NCBI GenBank assembly: GCA_016839815.1
Contig: JAEOTM010000079.1
Location: 1 to 55,361 of the forward strand
DNA: 55,361 bases
Source: Candidatus Hodarchaeota archaeon
GTDB taxonomy: Archaea; Asgardarchaeota; Heimdallarchaeia; Hodarchaeales; Hodarchaeaceae
Reading direction: 5' to 3'
Position numbers and translations under genes: made by a program. This document shows, piece after piece, positions 18,147-27,900 of the stretch (within the stretch, counting starts at the first letter, position 1; the number at the start of each line of letters is the position of its first letter). The notes under the pieces are model-generated. The model was given only the letters and a program-made list of their open reading frames with translations, was not told where the DNA came from and did not search any database.

Positions 18147-20342
18147 ATGGATCTGGTTAAATTACTCAAAACTAATTGGATAACTTTAATATTATTATTT
18201 ATTACTCTGCTTGTATTATTAGCGGGTATTTCTGACTCTACTTATGTTATAATGTGCTATGTTATGTTAGGATTTCTTCTTGCTTGGTTAATCTATTCTG
18301 CAGGCTTTTTAAGTATTCATATTGCTTCTGAAAATACAGCTCAAGACAAACATACTTCCCAGACTTATTACTCAATGAAAGAGTGGCATTTGGTTGACAA
18401 AAAACGAGATCAGCTGCTTATTAAGGCACTGATGTTGATTACGATTCTGGTAATTGTATTTGTTCTCCTCTTTGAGAGATTAAACCAATTTCCATCTTTC
18501 TTCACCCCCGAGTTGAATGATTCCATTAAATTCTTCGTGGTGAATAGCTGGCAGATTTTTGCTGGAATATTTCTCATTATCTACATTATTGTGCTAATCC
18601 TGCTAATTATGAAACGATTACCTGAAGAAATGCTAAATGTATTCCGTGGAGTAGTTAATATTGCGATTTTTTGTCTAGGTTTTGTAATCTACATAGCTAT
18701 AAGTGTTTGGGCAGTTATAAATGAGTTCCTAAGCATTGAAGCTGTATTGGTGGGATTTCTAATTCTTCCGATTGCTTTAGTTATTAATCGTGTTGAAGGA
18801 AAATTCTTCTATTTATTTGCGATTAACCAATGGAACCAGTTTCGTAAATATGATTTCTTAGAGGGCTCGCAAATACACGAGACATCAAGTAGCTTTTTTA
18901 AACAATTGAAAGCTCTAATAGCTCTCTTAATTCTCCCTATCTCTTTAGTCTCAACATTGTTAGGGATAATTGATGTGATGACAGGAAATTTAGGAATAGA
19001 TAATGAAAGCTTACTAGCAACATTTATTGATTCATTCCTGAACACATTTCCTGATTTGTCTACACTTGTCCTTTTTCTCGTCACGATGGGGCCATTACTA
19101 GTATTAATCTTCCGGCCATTTGCTTTTGTGGAAGTATGGTTGAATCAGGGATTATACGAGAAGATGGCTTCACCTTGGGATCTTGACACTTTAAATGATA
19201 ATATGACGAAGTATTCTTCGTTATTTAGAATTGCCCATAAAACTCGTGGTTTTAGATGGAGTTTATTCTTATCAGGAGCTTCTATTCTGAGCTTACTTGG
19301 TTTAAGTTTTGTTTCTTCGTTCATTACTGCTGAATCCCAGGTCTATATGTACATTCAAGAGGGGTTGATTCTCATTACTTTTGTGACATCAATCATCTTT
19401 ATCCTAACTTTACTTCAACTAACTTGGGATCCAATTGAGGAAAAAACCTTGTTGTTATTTGGACGGGAGAGTAGACGATCAAAAATTGATTTAGTAAATT
19501 ATTCACTATATGGAGAATGGTTACTTCACGAAACATCAGATATGGAGATTTATCTCAAATCCTGCCCTATTCATTGGGGTTTACCATGGTTTTTGAAAGG
19601 TTTAAATCTCTTTTATTCTGACGAAGATCGACTAATGGCTTTTGAACGCGCTCTGGATAATCAAACCTTTTTGTTAAAATCAATCACCCCGATAGCCTGG
19701 AATGATTACGGTGTTTTATTAACACAAAGTGGTAGAAATGAAGAAGCTTTGGATGCATTTCTAAAGGGACAAAAAGCACTTGATAAATCCGAGGAGGAAG
19801 TAATGAGAGAAATGAAGGAGATAATTGCACGAGAATCTGAACCGCTCTTGGTTGAAAATATGATGATCGGAGAACCCCTTGCTCAAACAGCTATGGACAT
19901 TCCCATGTATGCACAGATGGCTATGGATGGGGGAGACCCAAGTCCAGAGACTCCTCCAGAAAGAAAAGGACGACTATTAAGTTATGATGAGCTAGTCGGA
20001 GCAGAGAATAAAGAAAATTTAGTATCTTTACTGGATCAAAGATATAGTAGAAGGTCCCGCTCAAAATTGAACAGAAATCTTGCCTATTTAATGCAATTAC
20101 GAGATGATCTAGAATCAAATTGGGCTACAATTAAGGAATTGGATAACTACTTAGCTGAGAATCCAAATGATAACGAAAAATGGATAGAGCTGGCTGAAAT
20201 CTGTGAAAAAATGAGTTTTCTTAAGAAAGCACGGACATCCTATCAAAAAGCGGCAGAATTATATAAATCACAAGGAAATAACGAACGTTACACACAAATT
20301 ATTCGAAAACTTGAAGATCTAGGGGAACTTGATATAGAATAG
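18147..20342 (+). CDS. Multi-pass membrane protein with C-terminal TPR repeats
   Basis: About 10 TM segments, then AWNDYGVLL..EEALDAF and WIELAEI..ARTSYQKA TPRs; start set at ATG 18147 (GGAG upstream). Confidence 0.7.
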   Translation: MDLVKLLKTNWITLILLFITLLVLLAGISDSTYVIMCYVMLGFLLAWLIYSAGFLSIHIASENTAQDKHTSQTYYSMKEWHLVDKKRDQLLIKALMLITILVIVFVLLFERLNQFPSFFTPELNDSIKFFVVNSWQIFAGIFLIIYIIVLILLIMKRLPEEMLNVFRGVVNIAIFCLGFVIYIAISVWAVINEFLSIEAVLVGFLILPIALVINRVEGKFFYLFAINQWNQFRKYDFLEGSQIHETSSSFFKQLKALIALLILPISLVSTLLGIIDVMTGNLGIDNESLLATFIDSFLNTFPDLSTLVLFLVTMGPLLVLIFRPFAFVEVWLNQGLYEKMASPWDLDTLNDNMTKYSSLFRIAHKTRGFRWSLFLSGASILSLLGLSFVSSFITAESQVYMYIQEGLILITFVTSIIFILTLLQLTWDPIEEKTLLLFGRESRRSKIDLVNYSLYGEWLLHETSDMEIYLKSCPIHWGLPWFLKGLNLFYSDEDRLMAFERALDNQTFLLKSITPIAWNDYGVLLTQSGRNEEALDAFLKGQKALDKSEEEVMREMKEIIARESEPLLVENMMIGEPLAQTAMDIPMYAQMAMDGGDPSPETPPERKGRLLSYDELVGAENKENLVSLLDQRYSRRSRSKLNRNLAYLMQLRDDLESNWATIKELDNYLAENPNDNEKWIELAEICEKMSFLKKARTSYQKAAELYKSQGNNERYTQIIRKLEDLGELDIE

Positions 20343-20365
20343 GAGTTCAACTCTCCTTTACATCT

Positions 20366-20647
20366 TCAATAAGTAATTTGAAAATCGTGATACTCTCGTA
20401 CATCAAGATCACTCCAAGATATCTCAGTATTTTTAATTCTAGAGCCTGGCGATCCTTTTTTACCTGCCCAATTTATCAAAGTTAATAGTGATGTCTCTGA
20501 TCCTTCAGCAAAGATTTCGACTCGACCATCACGGAGATTTCGAACATAACCTGTGACATCAGATAATTCCCGAGCTAATTTTTGGGTATAAACGCGAAAA
20601 AATACCCCTTGAACTCGGCCAGAAATTAAGATTTGGACTCTTTTCAT
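20366..20647 (-). CDS. acyP: Acylphosphatase
   Basis: GRVQGVFFR and GYVRNLRDGRVE signatures. Confidence 0.95.
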   Translation of the reverse strand: MKRVQILISGRVQGVFFRVYTQKLARELSDVTGYVRNLRDGRVEIFAEGSETSLLTLINWAGKKGSPGSRIKNTEISWSDLDVREYHDFQITY

Positions 20648-20665
20648 TTTTCAGAAATTTTCCAG

Positions 20666-21736
20666 CTAATCTGCACGATCTCCAGCAATAAACTCCTCAA
20701 AACGTTTTACAGAATCCTGTTCTCCGACATGGACTGGCGGATATTTGAAGCCATATGCCGAAACAGAGACAAGTGGTCCATCAATTCCCCGATTCAAAGC
20801 AATTTTTGTCGCACGTATTACATTAACCAGTGTACCTGCAGCATTAGGACCATCAGTTGTCTTAATAGTCACATCTATCTTAAAGGGTGTATCTACGAAG
20901 TAATTGCCATATATCCAAAAGTAACCTGTCCGATCATTTCCCAAAAAGTCGAGATAGTCTGTTGTCCCAGAAGCGATATCATCGTCTTTCAAATAGGGTA
21001 AGACACGTTTAATGCTATCAGTTTTTATCTTCCTTTTTTCAAATCTGCGATCTGTATAGAGTGTATTCATGCCTTCACTTCCTCCAGAAACATCTAATTG
21101 GTATGTGTTTCTTACTTTCGCTCCAAAAGCATTCAACATCTCTAATAATCCTTTATGGATACGTGTTCCTCCTAATTGTGATTGTAAATCGTCACCCACA
21201 ACAGGTAAGTTTGCTTTCTTGAATTTTCTTACCCATTGATCATCCGAACAAATTCGAGTGGGGGCTGCCTCTATGAACGCCATATCTGCATCAATGGCTG
21301 CGTTTGCATAGGCATAAGTAGCTTCTTTTGCGCCAGAGGGAAGAAGAGAGACTACCATGTCAGCTCCGCTTTCTTTAAACTCCTTAGCAAGATTTTGATT
21401 AGTGGGTGGAGAAACAACTTCAACCGTCTCCCCAAGCATTGGAGAAATCCCATCATGAACAGGGCCTCCTTTTACTGGTATTCCCAGAGGTGAAGAGAAT
21501 TCCACAAATTTAGGAGCTACATTGGGTTCTGCGAATATCGCTTCGCTTAAATCGGCGTTCACCTTACTTCTGACAACATCATAAGCAGCTGCTATTTCAA
21601 TATCTTCTAACCTCATTCCTCCGATCGTCTCGTATCTAAGTACTGAAGTATCATGGTCTGAATAATATTTAAGGGCCTGAACTAAGGCCGATGTTGCATT
21701 CCCAACTCCAACTAGTATAACTCTTGCTTTCACCAC
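20666..21736 (-). CDS. ino1: myo-inositol-1-phosphate synthase
   Basis: VGVGNATSALVQ, VGDDLQSQLGGTRIH, TYQLDVSG, KIKT, DGPNAAG, SAYGFKYPP. Confidence 0.9.
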   Translation of the reverse strand: MVKARVILVGVGNATSALVQALKYYSDHDTSVLRYETIGGMRLEDIEIAAAYDVVRSKVNADLSEAIFAEPNVAPKFVEFSSPLGIPVKGGPVHDGISPMLGETVEVVSPPTNQNLAKEFKESGADMVVSLLPSGAKEATYAYANAAIDADMAFIEAAPTRICSDDQWVRKFKKANLPVVGDDLQSQLGGTRIHKGLLEMLNAFGAKVRNTYQLDVSGGSEGMNTLYTDRRFEKRKIKTDSIKRVLPYLKDDDIASGTTDYLDFLGNDRTGYFWIYGNYFVDTPFKIDVTIKTTDGPNAAGTLVNVIRATKIALNRGIDGPLVSVSAYGFKYPPVHVGEQDSVKRFEEFIAGDRAD

Positions 21737-22076
21737 TTTACTGACATCCTACTAAAAGAAAAGAAGTATTTGAGTAAATATTTCATCTTTTATAGTACAA
21801 TTAATAATTTTTTTAGTCCCTCTAAGTATTTTCCCTTAATTAGAGATTTGTTATCCTTTAACTGTGTCAGTAAAAAATGTAGCATGTTAGGCTCCCTGAT
21901 TAGTATAATACCCTTAAATTTCTCAAACGACTGGTTTAACTCACATAAATTAGTAAAGACATTAGAATTTAATCTGATTTGGGCCTAGCTGATTTATCCG
22001 CATTTATATTAATTAGGTTTTTAAGTTGACAATCGAATAGGTAAACAAGTCGTATTGAATCAAGAGGGCAATATCC

Positions 22077-22862
22077 GTGGTTAAACTTTTTAAACGAAAA
22101 GATCCGAAAACTTCTGTTTTCAAGTTTAATGCTTCTATTAAAATTAAAGATCTTCCTAACGAAGAATATTCACATGTGGCCTTTGCTTTTAAAACCGCAG
22201 TCTTACGTTTTGAGAGAATGTTAAAGGAATCTCTTTTAGAAGGGTATATCACCTCTACTACTTTGGAACGAATTTCTCAAGAATTTAATTTCGCCATGAT
22301 TCGTGATATACCCATTCCGGAATCTGACACGGTACAAGCTATCTTTGGCCAGGAATCAGCTGAATTAGTCCCTAAGCCTTCTATTCCGATTGTTGAAAAA
22401 GAGGTCGTTTCAGATATTGTGGTTCCTACTGAACCAGAGTCAGTTGCACCAACGCCAGTTGTAACACCAGAGAAGGTTCCTTTAGTAGAAGAACCTCCAG
22501 AAGCTCCTACACCAGCTACAGCTAAAACACCTGCTCCCCAAATTAGTTTTTCCTTCCCTACAGCAGCTTCCGAACCATTACCTACGGTTAGTCCAAAACC
22601 AGTTCCATCAGTTAGTGCTCCAGAACAAAAATCGGAGGAAAAGGAATCAGCGGCTCCAGCCCCGCTTTCTCCACCGTCTATACCAAAAATCTCCTTTCCT
22701 ACTGCAACCAAACCTGCAGAATCTACACCGATAAATCCATTAGCCCAAGTTCGCGGCCGACGGGAAGAAGATCGTGCAACAGGAATAGCAATTTTACGAA
22801 AACAAATGCTAACTGAACTTAAGAAAATTCGATCTGTTGTTGCAGAGCAAGATCAAACATAA
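22077..22862 (+). CDS. Hypothetical protein: folded N-terminus, Pro/Ala/Ser/Glu-rich disordered linker, C-terminal basic amphipathic helix
   Basis: PEA/PAP-rich central ~130 aa with repeated (Q/K)ISF(S/P); ends EEDRATGIAILRKQMLTELKKIRSVV. Confidence 0.75.
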   Translation: MVKLFKRKDPKTSVFKFNASIKIKDLPNEEYSHVAFAFKTAVLRFERMLKESLLEGYITSTTLERISQEFNFAMIRDIPIPESDTVQAIFGQESAELVPKPSIPIVEKEVVSDIVVPTEPESVAPTPVVTPEKVPLVEEPPEAPTPATAKTPAPQISFSFPTAASEPLPTVSPKPVPSVSAPEQKSEEKESAAPAPLSPPSIPKISFPTATKPAESTPINPLAQVRGRREEDRATGIAILRKQMLTELKKIRSVVAEQDQT

Positions 22863-23081
22863 TAAAGGGTAGAATTACTTCCCTTTTTCTCTGTTCTATC
22901 TTCTCTCTACCATTAAATTTGTTGGATAAATGGTTTTATCTATCTAATCCTCTTGATAAATATCTATACAAGAATACCGAACATTTTCTCCAGGTAATTT
23001 GTAGCTGTTTTTATTCTATGTCCATTATTGAATAATAGATAGTATCCATATCTCTGGGATCGTGTTCACGAGGATTAGAAT

Positions 23082-24875
23082 TTGATCGATCTTATTTCTG
23101 AGTTGTTTCCTCTTGCACTTCTTCTTGTATGTGCCATGAGTTTTGTTTTAGGATTGTATGTTCTAGTCAATAATTCCAGAAACCAATTAAATAGAAGTTT
23201 TTTTGTATTAGCAATGTTAGCATCCTATTGGATGGTATTTGCATTATTTAGACATATTACACGCGATTTCGCTTTAATGCAATTCTGGTTTCATGCAATA
23301 TTCTTATGGCCGTTTGTTATCGTTGCGTTAACAAGATTTATAGTTATATTTTGTCAAGCAGAGGCAATCTTAAATCGGATTTCAATGAGAATGTTATTAT
23401 ATATTCCCGCAACTAGTTTCTCTCTATACTGGCTCTTTGGAAACATGGATCAGTATTTAATCAGACGATCCTGGGGTTGACAAGTTTTTATCTCAACTTT
23501 TCATCCAATCAGCTCACTGATTACTTTATGGGCTATTTTCTTAACCGTAATCTCTTTTAAAGTTGCTTCAGAATATTATAAAACCATTCAAAACAAGATA
23601 ATTCAACAGCAGACGCGGTTGGTTTTCGTTGCGTCATTGGTGACAGTATTTAGCGCAATATTATCAGAAGTTATTTTCCGAACTTTTTTAGTTGATTTAC
23701 CACCATTTACCTCAATAGGATTTGGAATTACTTGTGTTATTCTAGCTATTTCAATGATGAAATTTAAGCTCTTTTTGATCAATCCTGAAATGGCAGCAAG
23801 AAATATTCTAGCTCAGATGACAGAAACGGTATTTTTACTTAATCCAGCTGGTGAAATCATTTCAATAAATCTTGCTGGACTAAGTTTGCTTAATTATACA
23901 GAACGTGAATTACTAGGAAAAAATGTTCTAGAATTCCTCACTGAACAATATCGATCTCAAAGCTCATTCAATGAACTCCTAAATCACGTAAATCCATCTC
24001 AGCAACATGAATTTGAATTAGAGTTTCTAACTAAAGAAGGGAGAAAAATTCCTGTTTCCATATCTAATTCATTACTTAATAGTGAAGACAATAAAGAAGT
24101 TAAAGGTATTGTATGGTTAAGTAAAGATATAACCAAACAAAAACAACTTGAAGAGCAACAACAGAAGACAGAATTAGTTAGAAAAGAATTGGAGGAAAAA
24201 AAGCATACTTTCATAACAATGACCTCTCATGAGCTTAGAACTCCCTTAACCGCAATATTGGGGTACACAGAGTTTTTGGAGAAGACTATAAAGAGTGATT
24301 TTAATGAAGAGGTGTTCACACATCAATTAGGCATTGTGAAGAAAAATGCACTACGATTAGATCGCCTTACTAGGGGTCTGATGGATATAAATCAAATTGA
24401 TGAACAAAAGTTTCGGATCAAGAAGGAAAATGTTAATTTTTTGGATTTCTTGGAGGAATCATTCTCTATTTATAAGCAACGATTGAAAGATAGATTTCTA
24501 GTGGAAATTTCCCATGACATATCCCCAATATTATTAAACATGGATTCAGATAGAATTAACCAAGTACTAGTCAATATTATTGACAATGCAACCAAAAATA
24601 GTGGAAAAGAAAACCTACACATTCATATAAAGTTAGAAATAACACCAGAGACAGTTCATCTCAGTATCACAGATCAGGGACCTGGAATCGAGAAAAAATA
24701 TCTTGAACACATCTTTGAAAAATTTGTTTCTATTCCAACAAAGAATTCGGTTATTGGATCTGGAATTGGCCTGTATGTCTCTCGGATGATTATTAAGGCT
24801 CACGGAGGAAGATTATATGCCGAGAGTGAGGGAATGGACAGAGGAGCCACTTTTCACATTATTTTACCAAGATAA
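23082..24875 (+). pseudogene. HisKA_7TM-PAS sensor histidine kinase interrupted by one in-frame TGA (23478-23480)
   Basis: ORFs 23082-23480 and 23619-24875 share a frame, with open hydrophobic sequence between them; PAS, SHELRTPLT H-box, N, D/G1 (DQGPGI), F and G2 (GSGIGL) boxes are intact. Confidence 0.75.
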
Positions 24876-24905
24876 GAAAAAAAAGGAAGAGCGGAATTAA
24901 ATAAA

Positions 24906-27900
24906 TTAAATACGTCGTTTACGTACATAAGTACTAATTCCTGCTCCAGTCACAAATGCAAATATAATTAACGAGATTATGGGAATAAATGGAATGAAGA
25001 TTGTACTAAGTTCAAGCATATGAATACTATCACTCGTTACAAAAACATTACCAGCATAATCCATAATTTCAACATAGACTTGAGCATTCCCTGCAGCTAA
25101 TCCTCGTCCTTTGGCAACCCATTGGGTACCTTCAGCATAACAATCAAATGAAAACCATGAGGATTGTTTAATGTAGACTTTTACAGAGGCAACACCCCAA
25201 TTATCGGTCGCAACAACTTCTATGTTCAAGTAGGGTGAATCTACATCTTGAATTTCTGATAATTTGAGACGGTTTAACGTGGGATAAATCAAATCCTTGA
25301 CAATTTCACCTGTCTGTGGATCAATTGGAATACGTGCTTCTCCTAGGATAGCAGGTGCACTTCTAACAATCCAGTCATCGTACATACTTGATAATTTCGC
25401 AGGTACAACTAAAGATTGACGTATATTCGATGCAATCAACCCATACTTAACCTTAGTTTCTCCTGCGGGTAATTGAGCAAAGAAAAAGGTTATTCTCGTG
25501 CTTGAAATGCTGTACATTTCTTGACTGTGTTGAACAGTGCTTGGATCAACCGTGAATCCTGACGGGATTGATTCCTCCAACATGAGGAAATTCATTGTCT
25601 CATTCTCATTGTTCACCTTAAGAGTTACCTGAATTAAGTCTCCGGGTTGAATATATTTCTCCTGTGAAAATTCTCGATCTAATGACAATCCTACTACTCT
25701 AGATTTCGATTGAAGACTCATTTGAACTTCAGATTTAGGATTATTTGGGTCAGAAATCGGTGTTGACACAGTAAGGATACCTTCAACGGAATTACTTACT
25801 ACAAGTGTTATTGGACCATATTGCCGACTTATGATTCCAGGAGAGAATGATGACTGATCACTATTTGCTAGAAGATAGAAAATTTCAAATCCAGGAATCG
25901 TATACGTTCCAGGAACAGAGGGAGCTTCATACCTGAAGGTTAATGTAGTCTCATGAGTTAATAATTGAATGGTTTGGGGGAGATTAATAATAGGAAGAAT
26001 CTCTCCTTGTACTGGACTGATTGTGACATTCGCTGCAAACACCTCGGCTGATTGAGGACTTAGCTGGATTGGAATATTGACTTCTTGCGTTGGAGCAACA
26101 GTTATCTCTGAAGGAAGGAGAATTTCAGGTAAAGCACGTAGAGTTTGATGGCTATAGAAGTAATAACTGACGTTCCCCGTTCCAGATTTGCTAAAAGTGA
26201 AATTATTTTCTCCAGATTGGATAAGAGATTTGAGATTTAGGTATATGACAGGTTCTCCATTTACTGAAAGATCGTAATTACCGATTTCTTCCTCATTTAG
26301 ATATACTTTCACATTAGTATCCTCATCAGAGCTGAATCCTTCTTTACTAATTGTGATTAGACTAGAAATTGCTGCAGAAGTATCTGCGGTATTTCCCCAT
26401 CCATATCGTGATTGTCTTCCTAACAACCATTGAATTGCACCACGTATGATCGGCATGTGGGAAGTGGGATCTTTCTTAACTAGTGCTTTCAATGCCAAAC
26501 CAGTAATCTCTACTTGACCACCCAAAGCTCTCCAATAATATCCAGGAGTGGAGGAATATTTCCAAAAGTTTCCATCTCCAGATAACTGAACTTCACTCAC
26601 AAGATAGGAGAGGAGATTTGATTCGAATGTAGGAGAACCAAATGATGAATCCACGACCGCATCAAGATATAGAGCAGCCAAATAGGATGATTGCTTAGTA
26701 GAATCACTCCACGCACTGGACACGTAACTGATTGCATCATTAATTGGATCTATATCTGTAAGTTCAGCAGACCAGTAGATAAGTGATCGTAGAGCAAATG
26801 CTGTAAATGAAACCTCGTCAATATTTCGCCATGAATCAGGAGTCCAGCTTCCATCATAATTTTGTTTGGTTAATATCGAGTTAAGAGCTGCCTTTACTAC
26901 AAGTGGATCAACATAAATCCCAACATCTCGTACTGCACTCAATCCATAAAGGACGAGAGCCGTCATATAAACTCGAGATGAATCACTAGACCACCAACCC
27001 CAACCTCCATCAGGGTGCTGTTGACTATATAACCGAGATAATCCTGTGACAAGCATATCTGTTAATAAATCAGCAGTTTCATTGGTTAATTGACCTGTTT
27101 CATTCAAATAGTTCAATATCAGTGCATCAGGCACGATTCGTGATATTGTTTGTTCTGTGCATCCGTATGGATAACCCACTAACCGCTCCCATGAACTTAT
27201 CGCGGTTGAACCTAAACCTAATGATAATTCTAAGAATTCTATCTGTTTTACAGCGTCAGAGTATCGTAAATACTCGAAGTGTGGTTTCTGGTATACAAAT
27301 CCGCTTTCTTTAAATTCCGTTTCAACTCCATTAGGAATAATATCCACTGCTTTTCTGATTGCGTCAGAATACCGAGAGCCATTATTTAGTTCAGTAGTTG
27401 CATAAATTGTAACATTGACAAAATCAGCATCTTCTGCTAAACAGGCCCAGGATATCGATCCTAAAAAGTCTCCAGGTAGTCGAATTCTTTGCGAAGCATC
27501 TCCTAAAACCGTTATTCCATTCGCTGGGTCTATAGATACATCTATTTCAGCTAATTCCCCTAAATAGTTGTAAACTACACCTTTGATAATAAAAATATCA
27601 TCTTGCAATACAAATGGATCTTTAACAATCTCCACAAAGAACGGTATGAACGTTTTGAATGTATATTTTGTTAAGGTACCTATACCAGAAGTAGGTGAGG
27701 TTGCAACAACTCGAACTGTCCATTCACCAATAGTATCGGGAAGAGTAATAGTGATTGAGATTAATCCATCCTCTTCAATTGCAAATGGTGTCCAAAACGC
27801 ATTCTCTGGTAGGTTATCTCTGATTTTTTGCCCTACATCGGCATCAGGAGGACTTTCCTCTGTATTTTTGAATCCTTGTTCATTTGTAGGCGCACCATAG

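Noticed and set aside
21770-21988. 72-aa ORF between ino1 and the Pro-rich gene
   Set aside because: TTG start, AT-rich low-information sequence in a divergent promoter region
22277-22711. 144-aa Gly-rich minus-strand ORF
   Set aside because: Antisense mirror of the Pro-rich codons of 22077-22862
23478-23480. Selenocysteine or genome-wide TGA recoding
   Set aside because: The site is in a membrane-sensor loop with WGx context, not a redox Cys position; I saw no SECIS-like element; TGA ends other genes normally
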